Below are positions 1-8,860 of a DNA stretch of 64,000 nt, one piece after another; the stretch's first letter is position 1, and every line of letters starts with the position of its first letter. Source of the DNA: an uncultured Oscillospiraceae bacterium (GTDB lineage: Bacteria > Bacillota > Clostridia > Christensenellales > CAG-314); assembly GCA_964521735.1 (NCBI GenBank), contig CAZFTO010000003.1:983-64982 (forward strand), given 5' to 3'. The notes below the pieces were generated by a model. It was not told the origin of the DNA, did not search any database, and saw nothing but the letters and a program-made list of their open reading frames with translations. The position numbers and the translations under genes were made by a program.

Positions 1-407
1 CTCATACTCCAGACGGAATGAAAAACATTTTGTCTTATTTGCGCCATACGACAAAAGGCAAATTGATTGTTGTTTTTGGTTGTGGCGGTAACAGGGATAA
101 ATTTAAGCGTCCGCTGATGGCGGAAGTGGTTTCGGCTTTTGCCGATTTTGCCGTGCTAACGAACGATAATCCGCGTTTTGAAGATCCGCGCGTCATTGCT
201 CGTGACGTGGTGGAACGGTTGTCGTGCGAGCACAAGGTGATATTGAACAGAAATCAGGCGACGGAATACGCTATTTCCGTTGCTAAGGCGGAAGATACCG
301 TTGCGGTTTTGGGGAAAGGCGCAGAAGAGTTTCAAGAAATCAGGGGAAAAAAATTGCCCTATTCGGATGTGGAAGTAGTGCGAAATTTGTTGGCCAAAAG
401 CGTGTAG
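1..407 (+). CDS. murE: UDP-N-acetylmuramoyl-tripeptide synthetase MurE, C-terminal fragment (5' end outside window)
   Basis: The frame is open from the window edge (..HTPDGM..). VVFGCGGNRDKFKRPLM and LTNDNPRFEDP match Mur-ligase C-terminal signatures typical of MurE rather than MurF. It directly precedes mraY, as in Firmicutes dcw clusters. Confidence 0.85.
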   Translation, partial: HTPDGMKNILSYLRHTTKGKLIVVFGCGGNRDKFKRPLMAEVVSAFADFAVLTNDNPRFEDPRVIARDVVERLSCEHKVILNRNQATEYAISVAKAEDTVAVLGKGAEEFQEIRGKKLPYSDVEVVRNLLAKSV

Positions 408-431
408 TACATAATTATAAAAAGGTGAGAA

Positions 432-1427
432 ATGAATTTATCTTCTGCGTTTTTGGCGGCGTTTTTTCTGTGTTTGGTTGCATGTGCATGTTTGCTTCCG
501 CTGCTAAAAAAACTAAAAGCTAAACAATCTATTTTGCAATACGTAAGCGAACATAATGCCAAAAACGGAACGCCGACTATGGGTGGCGTATCTTTTATTT
601 TTGCAATAGTTACGTCGGCAATTATTTTTTGCGACCTATCCAACAGAGGAACGGCAGTGATACTTGCGGTGTTTGTTGCATATGCTATCGTGGGCTTCTT
701 GGATGACTTCATCAAAATTAAATTCAAACAAAATCGTGGGCTTTTTGCATATCAAAAGATACTTGTTCAGTTGGCTATTGCAATTATAGTTGCATGGTTC
801 GTGTATAGGGAAGTGGCCATTGGTGATAAGCTTAGAATACCGTTCACAAGCGGACAAGTCTCTGTTGGCTGGGGCATTGTTCCGCTAGTTGTTTTTATAT
901 TTTTGGCGTGCACAAATGGTGTCAATTTGACGGATGGTTTAGACGGACTTGCCACCTCTACGACAATTTGTTACTTGGCCGGCATTGCCCTTTTGCTTCT
1001 TAGGGAGCTGGACTTTCTGGAAGAAATGGGGGATACCTACGCCTATGAACAAACGGTTGACGTTTTGAAAATATGTGTATTGTCCTGCGGTGCGTTGTTT
1101 GCATTTTTGTTGTTTAATACAAACGACGCCAAAGTGTTTATGGGCGACACTGGTTCGCTGGCGCTTGGTGCACTGGTGGCATGCAGTGCAATATTCACTC
1201 GGCTTAGTTTGTTTATTCCGATAGTTGGAATAATGTTCGTAGTGTCGTGCGCATCGGTTATTTTGCAAGTGGTGTATTTCAAACTTAGTGGAGGCAAACG
1301 AATATTCCTTATGGCGCCATACCATCATCATCTTCAAAAGAAAGGATTTTCGGAAACTCGCGTTTCGGTGATATATTGTGCCGTTACTATTGCAACTGTG
1401 GCTGTTTTGTTGTGTTTTGGAGGGTAA
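432..1427 (+). CDS. mraY: phospho-N-acetylmuramoyl-pentapeptide transferase
   Basis: AAAGGTGAG SD upstream of ATG 432. Polytopic membrane protein with GTPTMGG, DDFIKI, NLTDGLDGLA, MGDTGSLALG and PYHHHL motifs characteristic of MraY. Confidence 0.95.
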   Translation: MNLSSAFLAAFFLCLVACACLLPLLKKLKAKQSILQYVSEHNAKNGTPTMGGVSFIFAIVTSAIIFCDLSNRGTAVILAVFVAYAIVGFLDDFIKIKFKQNRGLFAYQKILVQLAIAIIVAWFVYREVAIGDKLRIPFTSGQVSVGWGIVPLVVFIFLACTNGVNLTDGLDGLATSTTICYLAGIALLLLRELDFLEEMGDTYAYEQTVDVLKICVLSCGALFAFLLFNTNDAKVFMGDTGSLALGALVACSAIFTRLSLFIPIVGIMFVVSCASVILQVVYFKLSGGKRIFLMAPYHHHLQKKGFSETRVSVIYCAVTIATVAVLLCFGG

Positions 1428-1428
1428 T

Positions 1429-2724
1429 ATGTCTGACATAATAGTGTACGGAAGGGGTAAAACGGGGCAATCTTTGCTAAAAATGGCGCAAAAACTGGGT
1501 TTGAGTGCCGTTGTGTATGATGATTCCGCAGGGGGTGATTGCGACAAAAACTTTCAAAAAGACAAAACTGTCGTGCTTAGTCCTGGGGTTGGACCAAATG
1601 CTTCGGGAGTAATTTTGGCGGAAAAAAGCGGGGCCAAATTGGTGAGCGAATTGGACTTTTGCTTTCCTCATTGCTTGGGACGGTGCGTTTCTATCACCGG
1701 CACAAACGGGAAAACAACAACCTGCGAACTAGTTCGGTTTGTTTTGCAAAAGGCAAACAGGCACTCACGCTTGCTAGGCAATGGTGGCGTGCCTTTTTCC
1801 GAACACGTGTTGGAAGTTACGCAAGACGAAATTGTTGTGCTAGAAAGTTCTAGTTTTCAACTTGCGAATACTTGCAATTTTTCGCCCTACATAAGTGTCT
1901 TGACAAACGTTGCTCCCGACCATTTGGATTACCACGGCAATTTCGACAACTACGTCAACTCCAAACGCAACAATTTTGTGCATCAAAAATCCTCATCCTT
2001 TGCGGTGTTCAATGCTGACGATCCGTTAGCGTTGCAGTTGTCTGTGGATAGCCCTGCTTTCACCTGTTACTACTCGCTGAACAATCGCTATGCAAATTGT
2101 TACTACGACGGTGATAGCGTTCGCCTGAATTTGTTTGGTGCGGTGTGCAACTACAAATTCGACTACCTCAAGACTTTGCCTAAACACAACGTGTCCAACG
2201 CACTTTGCGCAATATTGGTGTGCAGCATTCTTGGTGTTGACATTGCTGTTAGTTGCAACGCAATTGCTGAGTTTTGTTTCTTGCCGCATCGGCTTCAAAA
2301 GGTTGCATTTCACAACGGCGTTTTGTTTGTAGACGACAGCAAAGCAACTAACACACACGCAACGGCAAGTGCGCTAGACTGCTATCAAAACGTTCCTCTT
2401 GCGCTTATTATGGGTGGTTCGGATAAGGGCGAAAATTTTGATAAACTTTTTGATGGCGTTCGCAGTAACGTCAGACTTGTTTGCGCTGTGGGTGGCACGT
2501 CACAAAAAATTGTCGATACTGCAAGTCGTTATGGCGTTTGCGCGTGTGTTTGTAAAAGCTATTGCGAGGCAGTTGCAAAATGCTATCGCAAAATGAAAAA
2601 CTTGGGTGGCGTAGTTATGATGTCGAACGCGTGCGCAAGTTTCGATTTGTTTGCAAATTACGCTGAGCGTGGCGAAGAATTCGTCAAACTGGTTGGGGAG
2701 CTGATTGGTGACGAGAAAAATTGA
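1429..2724 (+). CDS. murD: UDP-N-acetylmuramoylalanine--D-glutamate ligase
   Basis: GGAGGG SD then ATG 1429. The ORF-track Met 1378 is an extension overlapping mraY. GRGKTG N-terminus, ITGTNGKTTT P-loop and DDSKATN are present. It lies between mraY and ftsW. Confidence 0.9.
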   Translation: MSDIIVYGRGKTGQSLLKMAQKLGLSAVVYDDSAGGDCDKNFQKDKTVVLSPGVGPNASGVILAEKSGAKLVSELDFCFPHCLGRCVSITGTNGKTTTCELVRFVLQKANRHSRLLGNGGVPFSEHVLEVTQDEIVVLESSSFQLANTCNFSPYISVLTNVAPDHLDYHGNFDNYVNSKRNNFVHQKSSSFAVFNADDPLALQLSVDSPAFTCYYSLNNRYANCYYDGDSVRLNLFGAVCNYKFDYLKTLPKHNVSNALCAILVCSILGVDIAVSCNAIAEFCFLPHRLQKVAFHNGVLFVDDSKATNTHATASALDCYQNVPLALIMGGSDKGENFDKLFDGVRSNVRLVCAVGGTSQKIVDTASRYGVCACVCKSYCEAVAKCYRKMKNLGGVVMMSNACASFDLFANYAERGEEFVKLVGELIGDEKN

Positions 2725-3817
2725 TATCCCATTGCTGCTGGCAGTTTTGTGCCTTGTTGCAATAGGATTGGTTTTTGTTTATAGCGCAAGTTGCTATAAC
2801 GCGCAAATTACATACGGAAACAAATATTTCTATGTGGTGAAGCAAGCAATCGGTGCGGCTTTGGGGGCAATTTGCATGCTAGCAGCAAGCCGTGTTAGCG
2901 TTGACGTCATAAAAAAACTGTGGTTTGCCGGTGTGATAGTTTCGGTGGTGCTACTTTTGCTCGTATTCGTGCCGGGCGTTGGCATAGAAAACTATGGTGC
3001 CAAAAGATGGATAGGCTTTGGCGGATTTTCCTTGCAACCGTCGGAAATTGCAAAGTTTGCCTTTGTTTTGTTTTGCGCCAAGTTTCAATCCGATTGCGAC
3101 ATGTCCAAAATTGGCAATTGCTTGGTGGTTGTCGGGGTGGGCGTGTTGTTTTGCAGTTTGATAATTGTCGAACCAAACATGTCCATTACAATGTGCATGG
3201 CAGCGCTGATGGTGATAATGCTGTTTTTGGGCGGCGTGCAATGGAAGAGATTTTTGCTGCTACTTTTGCCCGTCGTTGCGGCTGTTCCGGTGTTGATATT
3301 CATTGAACCTTATCGGTTGCAACGGTTGGTTGCGTTTCTTGATCCGTGGGCGTCGCCCAAGGACGAAGGCTATCAGCTTATTCAATCGCTTTATGCCTTG
3401 GGAAGCGGCGGATTTTTTGGCGTTGGGATTTTCAACAGTAGACAAAAATATCGTTTTTTGCCCTTTGCCGAAAGCGATTTTGTGCTTGCCGTGATAGGTG
3501 AGGAGACGGGACTGTTCGGATGTGCAATAGTTTTTGCGCTGTATTTGGTAGTGATAGTGCGCGGAGTGCGGATTGCTGCCAATTGCGACGACAAATTTAA
3601 ATGTTTTTTGGCGGGTGGAATTTCCGCAGTTATTGCCGTTCAAAGCATTTTGAATTTTGCCGTAGTTACGGGAAGCATTCCTCCAACAGGATTGCCCCTG
3701 CCATTTGTTAGCTACGGCGGAACTTCATTGGTGGTGTTTATGACGGCAACGGGAGTGTTGCTTAATTTATCTTCCAAAATAAAGGAAAAGTCGGAGGGAA
3801 AACCTTGGATTACGTGA
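2705..3817 (+). CDS. ftsW: SEDS-family peptidoglycan glycosyltransferase FtsW/SpoVE
   Basis: Multi-TM protein with PSEIAKFAF and the C-terminal GLPLPFVSYGGTS SEDS motif. The start is TTG 2705 or GTG 2708, after GGGGAG at 2695-2700, and overlaps the murD stop. Position in the dcw cluster supports the call. Confidence 0.85.
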   Translation: MVTRKIDIPLLLAVLCLVAIGLVFVYSASCYNAQITYGNKYFYVVKQAIGAALGAICMLAASRVSVDVIKKLWFAGVIVSVVLLLLVFVPGVGIENYGAKRWIGFGGFSLQPSEIAKFAFVLFCAKFQSDCDMSKIGNCLVVVGVGVLFCSLIIVEPNMSITMCMAALMVIMLFLGGVQWKRFLLLLLPVVAAVPVLIFIEPYRLQRLVAFLDPWASPKDEGYQLIQSLYALGSGGFFGVGIFNSRQKYRFLPFAESDFVLAVIGEETGLFGCAIVFALYLVVIVRGVRIAANCDDKFKCFLAGGISAVIAVQSILNFAVVTGSIPPTGLPLPFVSYGGTSLVVFMTATGVLLNLSSKIKEKSEGKPWIT

Positions 3818-5043
3818 TTGGTGGCGGAAGGCGCTTGCAGGGCGAATTGCCTGTTGACGGTGCAAAAAATTGTGCGTTGGCGTTTTTGGGCGCTACAGTT
3901 TTGACGGATGACGAAGTGGCTATAGAAAACTGTCCTGTTATCGAAGACGTGGAAAACATGCTTAAATTACTTGCTTTTTTGGGCAAAAGCGTTCGGAGGG
4001 AAGGAACGTTGGTTATCGTTAGCGGTGCCGCAACCTGCAGTTGTGTGCCGCAGGAATGTGCCAAATTACTTCGTGGATCGGGACTTGTTTTGGGCAGTTT
4101 GGTGGCAAAAAACGGCCAAGCGGTTTTGCCGTCTACCGGTGGATGCGCAATTGGCAGCCGCCCGATAGATATTCACTTGGACGGGCTTCGCGCGTTGGGA
4201 GTGGACGTTAAGCATCGCAACGATGTTGTTTGCACCGGTAAGCCGCTTGGCGGAACCTTCTCGCTACGTTTTCCCAGTGTTGGTGCAACCGAAAACTTGC
4301 TTTGCGCTTCATCACTTGCCAAAAGCGTTGTTACCTTGCGCAATTGTGCATTGGAGCCGGAAGTTGTTGCTCTGGAGAGAGCATTGGTGCAGATGGGTGC
4401 CAAAATTAGTGGAATAGGTAGAAAAATAGTCACTATTTGCGGTGTTAAAAAGCTTCACGGCGCTAGGTTGGTGGTGATTCCCGATAGGATAGTTGCCGCA
4501 ACTTATCTTGCGTGTGCTGTTGCAACAAAAGGCAGTGTGCTTGTTTCTAGGTGCATTCCTGCCCACCTTTCGGCATTTTTGGAAAAACTGTCTTGTTTCG
4601 ATTTGACGGTTTTTTCCGATGCAATTTCTATCAACGCAAGCAAAATGCCATCCTGCTACGGCCATACGGTCACCGGTCCGTACCCTGCTTTTCCAACGGA
4701 TATGCAACAAATTTTGACTTCGCTTTGTGCGATTTCCGACGGTGGGCGATCGGTTGTGGTGGAAAAGGTTTTCGAAAACCGATTGAAGCACAACGCAATG
4801 CAACTAAACGCCATGGGCGCAAATGTGCGTATATCGGGGGATAGGGCGATTATCGACGGTGCAAAATTGCACGGAGCACACGTTGTTGCTAGGGATTTGC
4901 GTGGCGGTGCGGGGCTTGTCGTTGCGGCTTTGGGTGCCGATGGCAAAACAAGAATTGGCTCTGCCGAGCACGTGTTGCGCGGATATTGCAACTTGGCAGA
5001 GCGGCTAGTGAGCGTTGGCGCGGATATTTCCGTTGAAAAGTGA
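3805..5043 (+). CDS. murA: UDP-N-acetylglucosamine 1-carboxyvinyltransferase
   Basis: TTG start with GGAGGG SD 5 nt upstream, overlapping the ftsW stop. It has the RLQGELPVDGAKNCALAFLGA N-terminus and the GGCAIGSRPIDIH active-site loop (Cys type). Confidence 0.9.
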   Translation: MDYVIGGGRRLQGELPVDGAKNCALAFLGATVLTDDEVAIENCPVIEDVENMLKLLAFLGKSVRREGTLVIVSGAATCSCVPQECAKLLRGSGLVLGSLVAKNGQAVLPSTGGCAIGSRPIDIHLDGLRALGVDVKHRNDVVCTGKPLGGTFSLRFPSVGATENLLCASSLAKSVVTLRNCALEPEVVALERALVQMGAKISGIGRKIVTICGVKKLHGARLVVIPDRIVAATYLACAVATKGSVLVSRCIPAHLSAFLEKLSCFDLTVFSDAISINASKMPSCYGHTVTGPYPAFPTDMQQILTSLCAISDGGRSVVVEKVFENRLKHNAMQLNAMGANVRISGDRAIIDGAKLHGAHVVARDLRGGAGLVVAALGADGKTRIGSAEHVLRGYCNLAERLVSVGADISVEK

Positions 5044-5077
5044 GTTGCTTATTTTAACTGCGGCACTTTGCATTTGG

Positions 5078-5104
5078 GGAACGGGGCTAGTCCGTTCCTT
5101 TTTG
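5078..5104 (+). terminator. intrinsic terminator after murA
   Basis: GGAACGG-GGCTAGT-CCGTTCC hairpin followed by TTTTTG. Confidence 0.6.
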
Positions 5105-5225
5105 TTTGTTACAAACAAGTTTTTCACTGAACTTTCGGCATTTTTTACTACTTTTGTTTTTGGCATTTTTGCGCCTTATGCAAATTAACATTTTTTGTTT
5201 GCAACGGCTTTTCATCCCTAATTTA

Positions 5226-5254
5226 TTGACAAAGTTGGCGAATACAAGTATAAT
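5226..5254 (+). promoter_or_regulatory. sigma-A-type promoter for ftsQ-ftsA-ftsZ
   Basis: TTGACA (5226-5231), 17-nt spacer, TATAAT (5249-5254), about 60 nt upstream of ftsQ. Confidence 0.5.
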
Positions 5255-5312
5255 AAAAATACCATAGGCGTTAACAAGTAGTTCTTGCCTTACTACTTTT
5301 AAGGAGTTTGTC

Positions 5313-6119
5313 GTGAAAAGCAAAAAAATGCTGACTATATTGATAGTCCTTGCAGTTGTGATAGTTATAGTTATCGTTTTTGCCAGCGTGTTTTCGTTGA
5401 AAAGCTCGCTGATAGTTTGCCATAACTTCGAAGGCGGAAAGGTTACCGGTTTGGCTGATGCGCCTACCGAAGAAGACGTGTTGCAACTCTATAAAGGAAA
5501 AAGCATTTTGTTTTTGTCCAAGGAAAATGTTTTGGCAGAATTGAACGCAAAGTATCCCGAATGGCACGCCATAGGTGTTGTGAAGAACTTCCCTAATATT
5601 TTGGAAGTGCACTTCGTTAGGCGCGTTGCCGTTGTTAAAGTTGACGTTGGCGGAAGCGCCGTTTATTTGGATAGTTTCGGATATGTTGTGGATGCTCCTC
5701 AAACGGGCGAACCGTTGGATATCACGTCGGCTATGGAAAACCCCTGCACAACAGTAGTGAGCGAAAAGGGAAAACAAATTCAATTTGTATCTGCAACAAA
5801 CAACACTCGTTTGCAAATAGTTTTGGATACCATAATGGCGTTGTGGCAATGCAAATGCGATATCGAAAACATTCCCAATATTTTGGGCAAAGAAAACGTG
5901 TTTACGTTTGATGCGGACGGAACGATGACTGTTACAACCCGTGTGGGCGCAAAAATTCACTTTATCGATCCGGAAACACTCCTGACGCAAAAATTTATAG
6001 ATGCGTTCAGTGTGTATTGTTCGGAAAAATACGATTTGCAAAGAGAAAACGTGGAGATAACCGTATATCCCGACGGAAAGGTTACTGCTCCAAACAACAA
6101 TTTGATAACAAAGGTGTAA
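5313..6119 (+). CDS. ftsQ: cell division protein FtsQ/DivIB (POTRA domain)
   Basis: GTG start with AAGGAG SD 6 nt upstream. One N-terminal TM helix is followed by a POTRA-like segment (..KNFPNILEVHFVRRVAV..). It sits immediately upstream of ftsA-ftsZ. The call rests mainly on architecture and position. Confidence 0.6.
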   Translation: MKSKKMLTILIVLAVVIVIVIVFASVFSLKSSLIVCHNFEGGKVTGLADAPTEEDVLQLYKGKSILFLSKENVLAELNAKYPEWHAIGVVKNFPNILEVHFVRRVAVVKVDVGGSAVYLDSFGYVVDAPQTGEPLDITSAMENPCTTVVSEKGKQIQFVSATNNTRLQIVLDTIMALWQCKCDIENIPNILGKENVFTFDADGTMTVTTRVGAKIHFIDPETLLTQKFIDAFSVYCSEKYDLQRENVEITVYPDGKVTAPNNNLITKV

Positions 6120-6142
6120 CGAAAATAACTATCGAGGCACAC

Positions 6143-7288
6143 ATGAAAAATAATTTAGTAGCAATTTTAGATTTCGGCTCCAGCAAAATAACTTGCATGG
6201 CCGCAGCAAAGGTTGCAGGCAAAACGGATTTTGTTATTCGTGCCGTTGGAAGAACGGAATATAACGGTTTTGACGAAAACGATTGGTACGAACCGGAAAC
6301 AATATATCCATCCGTTTGCGATGCAATTGCACAAGTAGAAAAGAAAATAGGCACTTCAATTAAGGAAATTTTTGTTGGTGTGCCTGGGGCTTTTTGCGCA
6401 ACAGCAACTAGCGAAGCTTCCGTAACGTTCCATTCCAAAAAGAAAATAGATTCGGACGACGTTCGCGAAGTGGTTCGCAAAGCCAACATTTTTGATGCCG
6501 GCACGGAATATTCGGCAATGACGGGCAAGCCTGTGTATTTCATTTTGGACGGAGCGCTTAAAACGTTTGAGCCAGTTGGCAGCATTGCCAGCAAGCTTAC
6601 GGCGTTGGTTTCTTTCTCATTTATGAAAAACAACTTCCGCAACTCTGTTTCGGAAGCATTGTCGCGCAGAGGCATTAAAAAAATTACCTATATCAACACG
6701 TGCGATGCCGAAAGCCAATTTATAGTGCAAAACATGATGCAAACGGATTATTGCATCGTTTTGGACGTGGGACACATCACAACCAACGTTATGCTAAGCG
6801 GCGGCAAAAGCCTGCTTTTTGCAAAAACTTTTTCGTTAGGAAGCGGATTTTTAGCGGGCGATTTGTGTCAAGTTGAAGGCATCGATTTCAAAACGGCCAC
6901 GCTTGCGCTGGAAAAAGTTAATTTAAGTTTGGAATTCCATGATGCCGACGTTTATAGCGTGAATGGCCGTTCACTGGAAGCAAAACAAACCAACGAGGTT
7001 TTGAAAGCTCGCATAGAACAAATTGCCAACTATGTGATTAGAAGTTTTCAACAATGCGACAAGGAAATTCCGCAAAACACGCCAATTGTTTTGACGGGTG
7101 GCGGATTGACTTATTTGCGTGGTGGTTTGCACGTTTTGTCTTCGTATTTGGGCAAAAACGTTGTTGTATACGAAAGTGCAAATCCACAAACGAACAGAAA
7201 CGAATACACGTCTTGTTACGGATTGATTTCCGAAGCAGTCAAAAGCAACAGCGCAAAATTGGGATTTTTGTCCTTTTTGCGTAGGTAG
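6143..7288 (+). CDS. ftsA: cell division protein FtsA
   Basis: ATG 6143; the ORF-track Met 6017 overlaps ftsQ. Actin-fold motifs are VAILDFGSSKITCM, VLDVGHITTNV and VLTGGGLTYLRG. It lies upstream of ftsZ. Confidence 0.9.
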   Translation: MKNNLVAILDFGSSKITCMAAAKVAGKTDFVIRAVGRTEYNGFDENDWYEPETIYPSVCDAIAQVEKKIGTSIKEIFVGVPGAFCATATSEASVTFHSKKKIDSDDVREVVRKANIFDAGTEYSAMTGKPVYFILDGALKTFEPVGSIASKLTALVSFSFMKNNFRNSVSEALSRRGIKKITYINTCDAESQFIVQNMMQTDYCIVLDVGHITTNVMLSGGKSLLFAKTFSLGSGFLAGDLCQVEGIDFKTATLALEKVNLSLEFHDADVYSVNGRSLEAKQTNEVLKARIEQIANYVIRSFQQCDKEIPQNTPIVLTGGGLTYLRGGLHVLSSYLGKNVVVYESANPQTNRNEYTSCYGLISEAVKSNSAKLGFLSFLRR

Positions 7289-7299
7289 GGAGGTTAATT

Positions 7300-8481
7300 A
7301 TGGAAGAAAACATCAATGGCAATATTGCTAAAATAATGGTTATAGGTATTGGCGGTGGCGGCGGAAATGCTGTAAACGCAATGGTTCGTGAAAAAATTTC
7401 CGACGTTGAATTTTTGGCGTTGAACACCGACCGTCAAGCTTTGCGCTCGGTAAATGCAAAAAAACTTGCCATAGGCGAAAAGCTTACTAAGGGCCTTGGT
7501 GCAGGTGCAAACCCCGAAATTGGCCGTCAAGCCGCTGAAGAAAGCCACGACACCATTCAACAATGCTTAGAAGGCGCAGACCTGGTGTTTATTGCAGCCG
7601 GTATGGGCGGTGGAACAGGTACAGGTGCAGCCCCAGTGGTTGCAAAAATCGCACGTGAATTGGGCATTTTGACAATTGCAGTTGTTACAAAACCGTTTGG
7701 TTTTGAAGGAACTCGCCGCATGCAATATGCCGAAGCGGGAATTGAAAAACTTAAAAATAACGTTGATGCTTTGGTTATTGTTCAAAACGAAAAACTGAAC
7801 CGTGACAAGAACTTCTCCGTTATGCAAGCTTTCCAAATGGCGGACGAAATTTTGATGCAAGGCATCCGTGGTATAACGGAAATTGTCGTGCAAAGCGGGC
7901 GCATCAATTTGGACCTTGCCGACGTTCAATGTGCTATGCGCGATAGCGGCATGGCTCACATGGGCATTGGCGAAGGCAAAGGCAAAAATAAAACCATCGA
8001 TGCAATTCGCAAGGCTGTTTATTCGCCTCTTTCCGAAACCACAATTCAAGGCGCATCTAATTTGATGATCAACTTCCGTGGTGGCGACGATTTAACTTTG
8101 GACGAAGTTACCGTTGGCGTGGATTTGGTTCGCCAAGTTATTTCCGATAAAGCTAACGTTTTGTTTGGCGTGGGCTTTGACGAAACAATGAAAGATTCTG
8201 TTCGTGTCACCCTTATTGCAACAGGTTTTTCCGGCGGAAACGATAGCAAGGCGGCATTTTTCAGCAGTGAAGCCGCAACACAAGTGGCTGCAAACAGCGT
8301 TAAACGCCGTGTGACCGAAGACGTTATTGCTTCCCAAAGAAGCAATCCCGTTGACGTAGTTCGTCAACCCAGCAGCGCAACACCTTCGTTCGTTACTAGC
8401 AGCAGCCCCACAATATCAGGCAATGTTGTAGTGGAAGAAGATAAAAACATTCCTCCGTTCCTTCGCAAAATGAAAGGCTAA
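7300..8481 (+). CDS. ftsZ: cell division protein FtsZ
   Basis: GGGAGG SD. VIGIGGGGGNAVN and the GGGTGTGAAPV tubulin signature are present, along with the C-terminal NIPPFLRK peptide. Confidence 0.97.
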   Translation: MEENINGNIAKIMVIGIGGGGGNAVNAMVREKISDVEFLALNTDRQALRSVNAKKLAIGEKLTKGLGAGANPEIGRQAAEESHDTIQQCLEGADLVFIAAGMGGGTGTGAAPVVAKIARELGILTIAVVTKPFGFEGTRRMQYAEAGIEKLKNNVDALVIVQNEKLNRDKNFSVMQAFQMADEILMQGIRGITEIVVQSGRINLDLADVQCAMRDSGMAHMGIGEGKGKNKTIDAIRKAVYSPLSETTIQGASNLMINFRGGDDLTLDEVTVGVDLVRQVISDKANVLFGVGFDETMKDSVRVTLIATGFSGGNDSKAAFFSSEAATQVAANSVKRRVTEDVIASQRSNPVDVVRQPSSATPSFVTSSSPTISGNVVVEEDKNIPPFLRKMKG

Positions 8482-8493
8482 CAGTTTGATATT

Positions 8494-8523
8494 AACGCAC
8501 GCTTCGGCGTGCGTTTTCTTTTG
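8494..8523 (+). terminator. intrinsic terminator after ftsZ
   Basis: AACGCACGC-TTCG-GCGTGCGTT perfect stem followed by a T-rich tract. Confidence 0.8.
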
Positions 8524-8607
8524 CTAACCGCATTTCGAGTTAGGGAATTTGCAATTTTGTGTTTATTTTTTTGCAATACGTCCAAACTAGTTGTGGGAGG
8601 TAGAAAA

Positions 8608-8817
8608 ATGAAATCTACAAAAAATTGTTGTAACTCTTCTAGGAACGCAAAAAACAAAACCACTAAAAGCAGCGGTCGCACGGAAACTTCAACGGAAAGA
8701 AAGCATCAAAAAACTTCCTCTTCCGAGAGTGAAAATGACCCCGACGGTAGTTATACGGGCAATCCCGTTGGCTGGGGCAAGGGCGCAATGCCCGTCCAAG
8801 ACGTAGACGATTTGTAA
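8608..8817 (+). CDS. small hypothetical protein (69 aa), basic/Cys N-terminus and acidic C-terminus
   Basis: ATG 8608 with GGGAGG SD 7 nt upstream, internal to ORF-track 8509..8817. It is bracketed by strong terminators at 8494-8523 and 8824-8860. It has NCCNSS near the N-terminus and ends ..DPDGSYTGNPVGWGKGAMPVQDVDDL. I could not assign a family. Confidence 0.55.
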   Translation: MKSTKNCCNSSRNAKNKTTKSSGRTETSTERKHQKTSSSESENDPDGSYTGNPVGWGKGAMPVQDVDDL

Positions 8818-8823
8818 AAAAGA

Positions 8824-8860
8824 AAACTGCAAGTGCTTTGCATTTGCAGTTTTTGTTTTG
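8824..8860 (+). terminator. intrinsic terminator
   Basis: 13-bp stem AAACTGCAAGTGC / GCATTTGCAGTTT with a TTT loop, followed by TTTTTGTTTTG. Confidence 0.8.

Noticed and set aside
6017-6142. Upstream Met extensions in the ORF track. Affected genes are ftsA (6017), murD (1378), rqcH (19576), tig (19639), engB (25822), coaE (35841), the S51-like gene (40064), the SDR (54960), ribU (60950), tsaB (62233), thrS (11609), uvrB (28541) and the YlaJ-like gene (59617).
   Set aside because: The extensions overlap the preceding gene or intergenic terminators, lack an SD, and translate to non-homologous junk. In every case an internal ATG with a good SD starts the recognisable protein.
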